Source: Patescibacteria group bacterium
Lineage (GTDB): Bacteria; Patescibacteriota; Minisyncoccia; Phycocordibacterales; PALSA-1337
Assembly: GCA_018971685.1 (NCBI GenBank)
Contig: JAGXAG010000006.1
Span: forward strand, 62 to 64,061
Direction: 5' to 3'
Length of the DNA stretch: 64,000 bases
Numbering within the stretch: position 1 is the stretch's first letter; every line of letters begins with the position of its first letter. The notes beneath the pieces were generated by a model. It was not told the DNA's origin and searched no databases. It worked only from the letters and a program-made list of their open reading frames with translations. Positions 39,037-49,343 of the stretch are shown here, piece after piece. The translations under genes were made by a program, and so were the position numbers.

Positions 39037-39951
39037 ATGCAAAAGCGACAGCATACGGTCCCGAGGTGTTATCTTGAAAATTTTGCAGACAAGGATGGAT
39101 TTGTGTGGGTCCTCGATACAAAAGACAATATATTCAAAATCCGACCTGAAAATATTCTGGTCGAGAATAATTTCTATACAGTCAAATTGAAAAATGGTGA
39201 CAAGAGTCTCATTGTTGAGGACACTCTCTCCAATATTGAGGCGGCTTACGCATCCATTTTCAGAGATAAGATTTCCCAGGACAAATCTCTCACAGATGAG
39301 GAACGCGCTAAAGTCGCAGTCTTTTTCGCAGCACTCATGCTTCGGACGCGGCCTTACCGGGAAAATATGCGTAGGGCTTTCACTACTCTCAAGGTCAGTA
39401 TGCAGGAATGGAAAAAACAATTTGAGACTATTCCGAAAGAGAAGAGAAGGGCTTCAGTCATGTCGAGTGATGGAGAATCCATAACTATGGATGAGGTGGA
39501 TGCTTATCTTGGAAATTTTGATGAAGAACATTCTGTAAACGTCCTTACGAATCTGCCCGAAATCGCTCAAATAATCTTCAATATGAAATGGGCCGTGCTC
39601 GTAAGTTCTGGCGATAAATATGTTACTTCAGATGATCCTTTGGTCCTATTGAGGCCTGAAGCGTTGAATAAGTACGGACCAAAAGTTATCGGCAGTCAGC
39701 CCGGATTGATGTACAAAGATGTCGAGTTGACACTCGCTCTTTCCAAGGACCGTCTGTTGCTTGCCGGATGGATTCTCGAGCAGGATTCGTATCTGCCAGT
39801 CGATAACGACATGGTCCGGCAAATGAACCACCGGACTATCATTCGATCCTCTGAAAGAATAATCACCTCATCGGAGGATCAGGCAAAGGCAATACGGGAC
39901 CGTTACACCGAGACGGCGCACAAAAATAAAATGCCGACTGATAAAGTATAA
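39037..39951 (+). CDS. DUF4238 family protein
   Basis: QHTVPRCYL..F, NFY, E..LS.IE, TSDDP. Confidence 0.8.
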   Translation: MQKRQHTVPRCYLENFADKDGFVWVLDTKDNIFKIRPENILVENNFYTVKLKNGDKSLIVEDTLSNIEAAYASIFRDKISQDKSLTDEERAKVAVFFAALMLRTRPYRENMRRAFTTLKVSMQEWKKQFETIPKEKRRASVMSSDGESITMDEVDAYLGNFDEEHSVNVLTNLPEIAQIIFNMKWAVLVSSGDKYVTSDDPLVLLRPEALNKYGPKVIGSQPGLMYKDVELTLALSKDRLLLAGWILEQDSYLPVDNDMVRQMNHRTIIRSSERIITSSEDQAKAIRDRYTETAHKNKMPTDKV

Positions 39952-40190
39952 TGTTGTGAAGGGTGGGTCAGATAAGTGCCAAATCTTTTCGATAAGCAAA
40001 GAGTGTACGGCCTTCGAGAATAACAGTTCTGACTTGGTCCAAAGCGTCCAGCAATTTCGCAGAAAACTCGGAATCGCCCGAAATCGCACCGTCGCAAACC
40101 ACAGGCGGAGGGCGAGCCAGTGTATGAAATTTGGGGTCCGGGCAAACGCTCTAGAGAAATAAAAACACACTTATATTTAGTTGTCAAATG

Positions 40191-40277
40191 CGGAGAGGAA
40201 GGGATTCGAACCCTTGATGCCCTTTCGGACATACATCCTTTCCAGGGATGCCCATTCGACCGCTCTGGCACCTCTCC
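40191..40277 (-). tRNA. tRNA-Ser (GGA)
   Basis: CATCC-CT-GGA-AA-GGATG; long variable arm. Confidence 0.95.
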
Positions 40278-40425
40278 TTATCGATTGTCGATCAAGTGAA
40301 GAGTATCAAAATTCACGCAATTTTTCCATTCATACGACATGTCATCATTGTAGTTATACACAGGGATGATTGAATTTGCGGCTAGTCGAGCTATAATTGT
40401 TCCAAACAATACAGAAAGGACACTT

Positions 40426-40698
40426 ATGATAGATTCAGGACTGTTCTTGGAGTTCTACAAAGGATTGCGCGAAGACATCAACGGAGAGATCAATTCGTAC
40501 TTTGCAGGTCTTGCGTTCGGGCATAGCCCGTCGTTTGAGGAAAAATTGGTCCATTTTATGGCAAACGGCGGGCTGGCCGAATATCGCCGCAGGTTTTTCG
40601 CGAAGCATCCTCAATTTGCGGCTTCGGTTAGCCAAGCCGCAAACAGTCAGGCGATCTCAACTGCGAGATCGCTTTTGTTGTGCAAGCGGAGTGCCTGA
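40426..40698 (+). CDS. Hypothetical protein
   Basis: AAAGGA RBS upstream of ATG. Confidence 0.55.
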   Translation: MIDSGLFLEFYKGLREDINGEINSYFAGLAFGHSPSFEEKLVHFMANGGLAEYRRRFFAKHPQFAASVSQAANSQAISTARSLLLCKRSA

Positions 40699-40722
40699 AA
40701 ATTCCAGAATCTAGACATAAAA

Positions 40723-41136
40723 TCACCTCCATGCGCCGATGATCGCCCCACCGATGACGAGGTTGAGTAGGACTGAAACAACATCTATGAGCGCCAGTTT
40801 GAAGGTTTTCTTTTCCCAGAGAATGCCGCTGGTTGCTGTAGTGGCGGTGAAGCCAAGCCAAACAATGAAGCCGAAGAATGCGCCGTTTGAGCCGCCGACC
40901 GCATTGGTCGATGCTATGATGAAAGCCAAAATGAAGAAGGATATAACAGTGACGACAAATTGAGTCACATAAAGTTTCCAGACCCCGCCCGCCCTGGCCT
41001 CCGCCAGATCACTATCGGTCGTCTTTGTAAGCGCCGCCCACTCTCCGCCGAAAAGCATCGGCGAATACCACAAGGCGCCGATGCCAAAAGCTACGATTGA
41101 AGCTACCAAAATCGGCCAAAGATTGATCGTGTACAT
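40723..41136 (-). CDS. DUF1761 family membrane protein
   Basis: IN...IL...GALWYSP.LFG..W. Confidence 0.85.
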   Translation of the reverse strand: MYTINLWPILVASIVAFGIGALWYSPMLFGGEWAALTKTTDSDLAEARAGGVWKLYVTQFVVTVISFFILAFIIASTNAVGGSNGAFFGFIVWLGFTATTATSGILWEKKTFKLALIDVVSVLLNLVIGGAIIGAWR

Positions 41137-41246
41137 GTTATTTTTTTATTAGGTTAATATTGTATAATATTAAGGATTCACCTTAATATTATACGGTACC
41201 CATGCTATACTAATAGTAGCATATTGTCACTCAAACACTATTCTTC

Positions 41247-41399
41247 ATGTATATTCCTGTAATTTTTATCATCGTCGGCGTTTATTTTCTCTTCCGTAAT
41301 TACGGCTGGCCGCCCGACTTTACCTTGAGTTGGAGTTTTTATTGGTCGATTGCGCTTGTACTGATCGGCCTGATTTTGCTTTTGAAAAGACGCGACTGA
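41247..41399 (+). CDS. Small membrane protein (DUF5668-like, 50 aa)
   Basis: Not in the ORF track; MYIPVIFIIVGVYFLFRNYG...YWSIALVLIGLILL. Confidence 0.7.
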   Translation: MYIPVIFIIVGVYFLFRNYGWPPDFTLSWSFYWSIALVLIGLILLLKRRD

Positions 41400-41411
41400 T
41401 TTTTACGCGCA

Positions 41412-42035
41412 ATGATGATTTTTATGGAAGGTCCAAATGAACAATCGAATAATTCCGGCCTGATGAAATCGATCGCGATAATCACAGGCATCATTGCGGT
41501 TTTTGCGTTGGCCGGATATCTGGTATCGTCAGGCGAATTTCCCTCACTCGATGAATTTATCGCCAGCTCGACAGATCTAACTGCAAGCCCGGCGCCGGTT
41601 GTACAAGCCGGACATGCGCGCGAGGATAAAACCGTATCGGTCCGGCCGGCCAGTGCGGATACATTGCCCGACTATTCATATTCTACCACTACGGTTGGAG
41701 CGCCGCGCGGTTCCATCCAAGCTCTTGTTTCCAACAATCCGGCCAAGAGGGAACTGGGCTTGAGTTACCGGACATCGTTGCCGGCCGATGCCGGCATGCT
41801 TTTCATTTTCCCATCGCCGGGCAATTATGGTTTTTGGATGAAAGATATGAATTTTCCGCTCGATATTGTTTGGGTCCGTTCCGATCGCGTCGTCGTCGGC
41901 GTCGAGAGGTCCGTTTTGCCGGACACTTATCCCGAAACTTTCTATCCGCCGTCGCAAATCCAGTTTGTCCTTGAATTGAATGCCGGCGAAAGCGACCGGT
42001 TTGGCATAGCCGCGGGGACGGTGTTGAAATTTTGA
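41412..42035 (+). CDS. DUF192 family protein
   Basis: GLSYR, GMLFIF, FWMKDMNFPLDI, VLELNAG. Confidence 0.92.
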   Translation: MMIFMEGPNEQSNNSGLMKSIAIITGIIAVFALAGYLVSSGEFPSLDEFIASSTDLTASPAPVVQAGHAREDKTVSVRPASADTLPDYSYSTTTVGAPRGSIQALVSNNPAKRELGLSYRTSLPADAGMLFIFPSPGNYGFWMKDMNFPLDIVWVRSDRVVVGVERSVLPDTYPETFYPPSQIQFVLELNAGESDRFGIAAGTVLKF

Positions 42036-42110
42036 CCCGCTCCGGCTATGGCCGAGGTCGTCCTTTTGGGACTACTACTTCCGGTTTCTTTTTTTTCGTG
42101 TCATAAATCG

Positions 42111-42119
42111 TTATCCACA
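42111..42119 (+). promoter_or_regulatory. Perfect DnaA box upstream of nrdJ
   Basis: TTATCCACA. Confidence 0.45.
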
Positions 42120-42219
42120 GTTTTTTATTTGGTAAGCGTAGAGTAAAATGAGACTAACGGTCAGAAAAATTATCATTAACAACAATTAAGCATTCGCGGC
42201 GCACCGCCTGCAACGCAAT

Positions 42220-44547
42220 ATGCCAAAAAAGAAAAAAGCCGCTTCGGGGCAAGCGGCGAAGGCCACTTCCATCCCCACGATTATCAAGCGAGACGGTCGA
42301 ATAGTGCCTTTTGATGTGGAAAAGATAGCCAATGCTGTCCGAAAAAGTTTCGGCACGACCGGAGAAGGGTCGGATGACGATGCCAAGATGGTCGCCAGTC
42401 AAGTCTTCGCCGAGCTTACGCGCATCAAGCGCAAGTTCAAGAACTTTATTCCTACGGTCGAGGGCATCCAAGACATCGTCGAAACGGAATTGATGCGCGC
42501 TGATTTCGTAAAAACCGCCAAACATTATGTCCTGTACCGCGAAGAGCGCGCCAAACTCAGGGCCAAGGGTCTCGAAGTGCCCGAGCATGTGCGCAAGTTG
42601 GCTGCGGAATCGCAAAAATATTTCAAAAACGCCTTGGGAGAATTCGTGTACTATCGAACATATTCGCGCTGGATCGAAAAGGAGCAGAGAAGGGAAACAT
42701 GGATCGAAACCGTCGGGCGCTTCATGGATTACATGAAGGAAAATCTCGGCGGTAAGCTCAAGGAAAAGGAATATGCCGAAATTCGGCAATATATTCTGGA
42801 ACAAAAATCGATCCCGTCGATGCGTTTGATGCAATTTGCCGGCATCGGCGCGCGCGCCACCAATGTGGCCGCTTACAATTGTTCCTACATAGCGCCAGAA
42901 TCGTTCCAGGACATGTCAGAGATCATGTACATTTCCATGTGCGGCACCGGCGTCGGCTTTTCCGCCGAAAGCGCCAATGTGCAGAAATTCCCGCAGATAA
43001 TGGTGCAGACCGGCGAGAAACTGCCGACGCATACGGTCGAAGATTCAAGGGATGGATGGGCGCATGCCTTCGTGGTCGGTGCGAACGCTTGGGCCGCCGG
43101 CAAAGATATAGATTTTGATTTCTCCAAAGTACGGCCGTACGGCGCCAGGTTGAAAACCCTCGGCGGCAAAGCGTCCGGTCCGGAACCGCTCAATCGTCTG
43201 CTCAATTTCACCAAGCAAATAATCCTGGACAGGCAAGGCAGGCGTTTGCGCAACATAGATGTTCACGACATCATCTGCATGATGGGCGAATGCATCGTCT
43301 CCGGCGGCGTCAGGAGAAGCGCGCTCATCTCGCTTTCCGATCTGGACGATCCGGAGATTCGCGATTCCAAGAAAGGCGCGTTCTATATCACCCATCCGCA
43401 CCGGTCGCTGGCGAACAATTCGGCGGTTTATGTTAACAAGCCGACCAATGAAGAATTCCTGAAAGAATGGATGGCGCTTATAGAGAGCCATTCCGGCGAA
43501 AGGGGGATTTTCAACCGCGGTTCGCTGGCAAAAACTCTGCCGGAAAGGCGCGTCAAGGCTCTCAAGGAATACAAAGGATATTTCGACGCTTCCGGCGAGC
43601 ATGTGATCGGTCTCATCGGCGCCAATCCGTGCGGTGAAATCATCTTGCAATCGAAACAGTTCTGCAATCTTTCGGAGGTCGTAGCTCGGCTGGATGATAC
43701 CGAAGCTACGCTCATGAAGAAGATTCGCATCGCTTCTATTCTGGGCACTTACCAATCGACTTTGACGAATTTTCCGTATCTTTCCAAAGAATGGAAAGAG
43801 CACTGTGACAGGGAACGGTTGCTGGGAGTATCGATCACCGGCCAATGGGACTGCCCGGCGGTCCGCAAACCGGAAGTGATGAAGAGGTTGCGCAATGAAG
43901 CGATCAAGGTGAACAAAGAATACGCCAAAAGGTTCGGGATCAATGAGTCCACGGCGGTGACTTGCGTCAAGCCTTCCGGCAACGGCTCGCAGACATTCAA
44001 TTGTTCTTCCGGCATGCACCCGCGCCATTCGAAGTATTATATCCGCCGCGTGCGCATATCTTCGCATGACTCGCTCTTCAAAATGCTCAAGGATCAGGGC
44101 GTGCCTTATTTCCCCGAAGTCGGCCAGACAGCGGAAAGCGCTACCACTTTTGTCTTGGAATTTCCGGTCATGTCGCCCAATGGCACCACTACCTTCAAGG
44201 ATGACCAAACGGCCATGGAACAATTGGAATATTGGAAAATGGTCAAGGAGAATTTCACCGAGCATAATCCGTCAGTCACTATTTCCGTCGGCGACGACGA
44301 GTGGATAGAGGTGGCGAACTGGGTTTACAAGAACTGGGATATTATCGGCGGCCTTTCATTCTTGCCCAGGGAGAAGCATGTGTACAAACTGGCCCCGTAC
44401 GAAGCGATTGACGAGAAAACTTACAAGGAGATGTTGAAACGCTTCGAACATATCGATTATTCCAAAATCTTGACCTACGAGAAAATGGATGAGACCGAAG
44501 TCAAAAAAGAGCTTGCCTGTGCCGGCGGCGTCTGTGAGATAGTGTGA
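42220..44547 (+). CDS. nrdJ: Class II (adenosylcobalamin) ribonucleotide reductase with ATP cone
   Basis: ATP cone IIKRDG..VPFD, YRTYSR, YNC, GGVRRSA, NPCGEI, TCVKPSG, C-terminal CAGGVCE. Confidence 0.93.
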   Translation: MPKKKKAASGQAAKATSIPTIIKRDGRIVPFDVEKIANAVRKSFGTTGEGSDDDAKMVASQVFAELTRIKRKFKNFIPTVEGIQDIVETELMRADFVKTAKHYVLYREERAKLRAKGLEVPEHVRKLAAESQKYFKNALGEFVYYRTYSRWIEKEQRRETWIETVGRFMDYMKENLGGKLKEKEYAEIRQYILEQKSIPSMRLMQFAGIGARATNVAAYNCSYIAPESFQDMSEIMYISMCGTGVGFSAESANVQKFPQIMVQTGEKLPTHTVEDSRDGWAHAFVVGANAWAAGKDIDFDFSKVRPYGARLKTLGGKASGPEPLNRLLNFTKQIILDRQGRRLRNIDVHDIICMMGECIVSGGVRRSALISLSDLDDPEIRDSKKGAFYITHPHRSLANNSAVYVNKPTNEEFLKEWMALIESHSGERGIFNRGSLAKTLPERRVKALKEYKGYFDASGEHVIGLIGANPCGEIILQSKQFCNLSEVVARLDDTEATLMKKIRIASILGTYQSTLTNFPYLSKEWKEHCDRERLLGVSITGQWDCPAVRKPEVMKRLRNEAIKVNKEYAKRFGINESTAVTCVKPSGNGSQTFNCSSGMHPRHSKYYIRRVRISSHDSLFKMLKDQGVPYFPEVGQTAESATTFVLEFPVMSPNGTTTFKDDQTAMEQLEYWKMVKENFTEHNPSVTISVGDDEWIEVANWVYKNWDIIGGLSFLPREKHVYKLAPYEAIDEKTYKEMLKRFEHIDYSKILTYEKMDETEVKKELACAGGVCEIV

Positions 44548-44593
44548 TCCGGTTTTTCGAGGCGAGTTATTGATGAATACAAAACAAGTGTAC

Positions 44594-44622
44594 TTGTCAA
44601 GAGCGGCAAAATCGTATATATT
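44594..44622 (+). promoter_or_regulatory. rnpB promoter
   Basis: TTGTCA-17 nt-TATATT. Confidence 0.65.
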
Positions 44623-44629
44623 GCCATTA

Positions 44630-44957
44630 GCTGCACTAGACAACCGCTCCGATTTAATATCGGAGAGGAAAGTCCGAACACCGCCCCGTGGAACCTTTGG
44701 TGAAGCGGGTGAGCAAAGTAACGGGTAACGCCCGCCGGGTAACACCCAGAGGTGCGAACAGAGACGCGTTTGCCGGAAACGGCGAACGGATCCTTCGGGA
44801 TCAGCTTTTGCAGAAATGCAAAAGGTGCAACGGCCAAATCCTTATTTCGGTGCAAGGTCGTGTCCCGATCAAAATCGGGAAGAACCGCTTGACCCCGAGC
44901 GCAAGCGAGGGGCTAGACATATGGTTGTCAAATACAGAATTCGGCTTATTGTGCGGC
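44630..44957 (+). ncRNA. rnpB: RNase P RNA
   Basis: GAGGAAAGTCCGAAC, GGTAAC, ACAGA, TGCAACGG, ACAGAATTCGGCTTA; P1 GCTGCAC/GTGCGGC. Confidence 0.95.
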
Positions 44958-44964
44958 GACATGA

Positions 44965-44992
44965 GAACACTTCTCCACAAGAGGGGTGTTTT
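44965..44992 (+). terminator. Terminator after rnpB
   Basis: GAACACTTCT..AGGGGTGTTTT. Confidence 0.6.
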
Positions 44993-45070
44993 CATTTATC
45001 CGCATTGGTTATATAATTGAACTGGTATTATTAATTATTATTAATTTTAAATAATATTTTTTTGAATTAA

Positions 45071-47566
45071 ATGGACTATAATCATAATTCGTCGATATCC
45101 GGTGAATCCGTGCAGTTCAACCGCCAACAAAAACAGCACCAATTCCAACAACCTCCTAAGCAACCGGACCAAGCAGCGATCGCAAATCGGGATAAGCCGC
45201 CGAAAGTGCCGGCGGGCGGCCTGTCGAAAGCGGCATATTATATTTTCCTAGCCACGGTAATATTGGCGCCAATAGTGTTTATTCCCAGCCAATATCTGGC
45301 GCTCGATCTCGCAAAGACTGTCGTGATCGTGATGGGCGTTCTGGCTTCAGCCGTGTGTTACGGCATTGTGATATTGAAAGAGAGGGAAATCACCCTGCCG
45401 CCCAAAACTATTTTTTGGACGAGTATACTCATCGCAATCTCTCTCGTCGTATCTTCTTTGATTTCCATTCATGTCGGAAAATCTTTATTCGGGCAAGGAT
45501 TCGAAGTAGGGACTGCCGGGTTTATCTTGGCTCTGTTCGTGTCCGCACTGGTTGCCTTTGAAACCATTCGCAGAGATCAAGGCCGAACGCTCGCCGTTTA
45601 CGGGATATTGGGCATAATATTCGCAGTGTTTTTCGTTCTTCACGCTCTAAGGCTTCTGATCGGGCCGTCGTTTTTGTCGATGTCCGTATTAACCGCCGCC
45701 ACATCGACCCTTTTGGGCAATTGGAACGATTTGGGCATGTTCTCGATAATGATTTTGATTATTTCCTCAAGCGCGCTGTTCCTGTTGCCTCTCACAAAGA
45801 AGATGAAGTGGATTTACGGCATCGTTGCTTTGTCGGCCATAGCAAGCGCATTTCTGATCAATCAATCGCTTGCTTGGGTTGCAGCCGCTGCGACATTTGC
45901 GCTTGTTTCGGTCGCGGTGTGGCGCGCAAATGCCGATAATGCCGCAATGGTTGACGCGTCGAACAAAAGATCGTGGATAAAAAATATAGTATGGTTGCCG
46001 GTTGCATTGGCGGTTTTGTCGTTGATCCTGGCGTGGAAAGGCAATGTGTTAGCCGGCCCCGCCATTCAAGGCACAAATACGCAGTATGTGGAACTCAATC
46101 TGCCGTGGCAAATGACGATAGATATAGTTTCCGGTGCCGTTAAAAACTTTCCATGGTTCGGCGTCGGGCCAAACCATTTTGCGCAAGCGTTCATGGCTTA
46201 CAAGCCGTCCGGGTTCAATCTGACGGATGCCTGGTCAGTTGAATTTGGTTCGGGTTTTGGTTTTATTCCAACTCTGTTCGCGGCCGAAGGCGGAATAGGC
46301 ATCGTGCTGTGGATTTTGTTCTTTGTCTTTCTCGGCATCGCATCAGCCAAATATTACAAGCGATTGCCGGCAGATCCGGTGAAACGGTTCATTGCGGTGT
46401 CCTCGTGCGGCGCGATGACATTTTTGTGGATAATGGCCATCTTGTATGTGCCGTCGCATGCGATCCTATTCCTGGCTTTCGTCATGACGGGCATACATAT
46501 CGCTTCTTTGGTTTCTAATGGCGATGTCAAAGCCTTGAAGTTGGCGCCGGCCCAAGGCACCGTCAATCGTAAAGTCATCTTGCCGGGCGCGCTTGTCATC
46601 CTTATTTTCGTCGCAGTGATCTGGGGCATGGTCTATGTGAAAAAGACAATAGCGCTCGCCTATTTCGCTTCGGGCGTCAAAGATGTCAATTCCGGTCAGG
46701 ATTACCAATCGGCGGACGCGGCTTTCAAAAAAGCGCTTTCGTTCGACCTGTCGGATGTTTACTATCAAGCGTTGGCGGAGAATGACCGCATGGAAGCCAG
46801 CCGGATCATCGGTACCGCCACTTCGTCCACGCCGGAGATTGCCAATAAACTCTCAACGCTCATAAACGCAGGCATATCGGCTGCCAGGCAGGCGATCGCT
46901 TACGATCCGACGAATTATTACAATTATGTTTCCGAAGCGCGCATCTCGAGCCTGGCGGCGCAATTGAAAATACCGAATGCTTATGACAATGCGGTCGCGG
47001 CTTATACCAATGCCATCCGCGCCAATCCGCTCAACCCGTCGCTCTACCTGAGTTTGGCGCAGACGCAGGCGGCCGAAGGCAAACTTGATGACGCGCTTGC
47101 AACCTTGGGTTCGGCATTGCAGGTAAAAAACAATTATCTTGACGCGGTATTCTTCCTCTCGCAGGTCCAGGCGGCCAAAGGCGACCTGCCGAATGCTATT
47201 ATCTCGGCGCAAGTGGCGGTACAGATCAATCCGCAAAATCCGCTTCTTTATTTCCAGCTCGGCCTTCTCGAATACAATGCCAAAGCTTATGACCAGGCGG
47301 CCCAGGCCCTGGCGAAAGCGGTCGAACTGCAGCCGCAATACGCCAATGCCCAATACTTCCTGGGCTTATCATATGTGCGCCTGAACAAGATAGCTGATGC
47401 TATCACCCAATTTGAAGATCTGGCCAAGACCAACCCGGACAACCAAGAAATCTCTTTCATCCTCTCCAACCTCCGCGCCGGCAAGTCTCCATTTGCCGAC
47501 GCCAAACCGCCGGTAACCTCAACACCCGAGAAGAGGGCGAGCCTGCCGGTTAAGGAGGGCAAATGA
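45071..47566 (+). CDS. Polytopic membrane protein (O-antigen-ligase-like) with C-terminal TPRs
   Basis: Many TM helices, PWFGVGPNHF, TPR repeats. Confidence 0.85.
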   Translation: MDYNHNSSISGESVQFNRQQKQHQFQQPPKQPDQAAIANRDKPPKVPAGGLSKAAYYIFLATVILAPIVFIPSQYLALDLAKTVVIVMGVLASAVCYGIVILKEREITLPPKTIFWTSILIAISLVVSSLISIHVGKSLFGQGFEVGTAGFILALFVSALVAFETIRRDQGRTLAVYGILGIIFAVFFVLHALRLLIGPSFLSMSVLTAATSTLLGNWNDLGMFSIMILIISSSALFLLPLTKKMKWIYGIVALSAIASAFLINQSLAWVAAAATFALVSVAVWRANADNAAMVDASNKRSWIKNIVWLPVALAVLSLILAWKGNVLAGPAIQGTNTQYVELNLPWQMTIDIVSGAVKNFPWFGVGPNHFAQAFMAYKPSGFNLTDAWSVEFGSGFGFIPTLFAAEGGIGIVLWILFFVFLGIASAKYYKRLPADPVKRFIAVSSCGAMTFLWIMAILYVPSHAILFLAFVMTGIHIASLVSNGDVKALKLAPAQGTVNRKVILPGALVILIFVAVIWGMVYVKKTIALAYFASGVKDVNSGQDYQSADAAFKKALSFDLSDVYYQALAENDRMEASRIIGTATSSTPEIANKLSTLINAGISAARQAIAYDPTNYYNYVSEARISSLAAQLKIPNAYDNAVAAYTNAIRANPLNPSLYLSLAQTQAAEGKLDDALATLGSALQVKNNYLDAVFFLSQVQAAKGDLPNAIISAQVAVQINPQNPLLYFQLGLLEYNAKAYDQAAQALAKAVELQPQYANAQYFLGLSYVRLNKIADAITQFEDLAKTNPDNQEISFILSNLRAGKSPFADAKPPVTSTPEKRASLPVKEGK

Positions 47567-47639
47567 AATCGCAACAAATGAAATATTTCGTGTTAAAATA
47601 ATCCTGACTTCCCGGAACGAAAAACGCGGAAAAACAAAA

Positions 47640-49319
47640 ATGGTCAGGCGATGGTTTTCATTCATAGGCAAGGAAATACGCGGACTCCATGAGGCCGCGT
47701 ATCTTCTGGCCTTTTTCGCGCTATCGTCGCAACTCTTGGCATTGGTCCGCGATAAACTTCTCGCCTATTCGTTTGGCGCCAGCCATCAGCTTGACATATA
47801 TTATGCGGCGTTCAGGATACCAGATGTCATATTCGCGTCCGTAGGCTCGCTGGTGTCCGCATCGATACTCTTACCTTATTTCATCGAGCGGTTCGAAAAA
47901 GGGCACAAAGAAGGCAAATCGTTTTCAGATGCCATATTCACCGTCTTTTTTGCGACTATTGTCGTGGCGAGCGCCATTATATACATATCTGCACCATGGC
48001 TTGTGCCGAAAATAATTCCGGGATTTGCCAATGATCCGTATCTGCCGCAGCTCATAATGTCTGTAAGAATAATGCTTTTGTCTCCTTTATTTTTGGGCCT
48101 CTCCAACCTGTTTTCGTGTTTGACTCAGATGAGGCACAGATTTTTGGTATATGGCGCCAGCCCGGTGGTTTATAATATGGGCATTATATTCGGAGTGTTA
48201 TTCATATATCCGTTGTTCGGAATTTCCGGACTGGCGATCGGCGTGGCGTTCGGGGCGTTTTTGCATATGGCCATACAAGTGCCGTTCATGGCGCATGAAG
48301 GATTGGTACCAAAATTTTCAAAAGCGATCGAATGGGTGAAAATAAAGAGCATTATTTTCAATTCTTTGCCGCGCACCATAACCCTATCCGCCAATCAGCT
48401 GGCATCGTTCGTGCTTGTCGCCATGGCTTCTCTCATGGCGCCGGGCTCGATATCCGTCTTTACCTTTGCTTTCAATCTGCAAGGCGTGCCATTGACTATT
48501 ATCGGAGCCAGCTACTCTTCGGCGGTTTTTCCCACGCTGTCAAAATTGTATTTCCAAAAGAATTCAAAAGAATTTTTGGATAAAATGATTGTCTCCGCCC
48601 AACACATCATATTCTGGTCTATGCCGTTAATGGTGCTTTTTATCGTTTTGCGCGCGCAAATCGTGCGTACCGTTCTTGGCGCCGGCAAATTTGATTGGGC
48701 AGATACCAGACTGACCGCCGCCATGCTTGCCCTGTTCGTTGTTTCGACGATTGCGCAGAGCCTGATCGTCCTGTTTGTGCGCGCCTTTTACGCCGAAGGC
48801 AAGACGGCCAGGCCGCTCCTCATAAATGCCATATCGGCGTCGACGATTGTCGTATCTGGATACTTGCTACTCAAAGTTTTTTACGCATGGCCGGTTTTCC
48901 GATTTTTCGTCGAAGATTTGTTGAAGGTGAGCGGCCAATCCGGCACGAGCGTACTCATGTTAGGATTGGCGTATTCGCTTGGAGCCATACTGAACTTGAT
49001 CCTGCACTGGTATGTTTTCAGCAAACATTACAAAGGCTTTACCAAGCCGGTACTCGCGACTATGTTCCATAGTTTTGCGGCGTCGGTCATCATGGGCTAC
49101 GCGGCTTTCCTGAGTCTGCGCGTTTTCGACGGCATATTTCCGCTTACAAAAATATGGGGCGTCTTCATGCAAGGCTTCTCGGCCGGCATATTCGGCCTTG
49201 CCGTCGGCGTCGTCATCTTGATCTTGCTCAAGAATAAGGAGCTGGCGGCGGTCTGGGCGACCATCCACCACAAGATTTGGAAGACGCAAATTCCACCGGC
49301 GGAAGTGGAGAGGATGTGA
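47640..49319 (+). CDS. murJ: Lipid II flippase MurJ/MviN
   Basis: LALVRD, DIYYAAFRIPD, P.VYN.GII, RAFYA. Confidence 0.9.
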   Translation: MVRRWFSFIGKEIRGLHEAAYLLAFFALSSQLLALVRDKLLAYSFGASHQLDIYYAAFRIPDVIFASVGSLVSASILLPYFIERFEKGHKEGKSFSDAIFTVFFATIVVASAIIYISAPWLVPKIIPGFANDPYLPQLIMSVRIMLLSPLFLGLSNLFSCLTQMRHRFLVYGASPVVYNMGIIFGVLFIYPLFGISGLAIGVAFGAFLHMAIQVPFMAHEGLVPKFSKAIEWVKIKSIIFNSLPRTITLSANQLASFVLVAMASLMAPGSISVFTFAFNLQGVPLTIIGASYSSAVFPTLSKLYFQKNSKEFLDKMIVSAQHIIFWSMPLMVLFIVLRAQIVRTVLGAGKFDWADTRLTAAMLALFVVSTIAQSLIVLFVRAFYAEGKTARPLLINAISASTIVVSGYLLLKVFYAWPVFRFFVEDLLKVSGQSGTSVLMLGLAYSLGAILNLILHWYVFSKHYKGFTKPVLATMFHSFAASVIMGYAAFLSLRVFDGIFPLTKIWGVFMQGFSAGIFGLAVGVVILILLKNKELAAVWATIHHKIWKTQIPPAEVERM

Positions 49320-49343
49320 TATTTCTGCTATATTCAATGGACG

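Larger units (their letters stand above)
33345..40190. mobile_element. Genomic island between the convergent 3' ends of tRNA-Gln and tRNA-Ser
   Basis: Recombinase remnant, visibly lower GC than the core genes, orphan and accessory genes. Confidence 0.65.
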
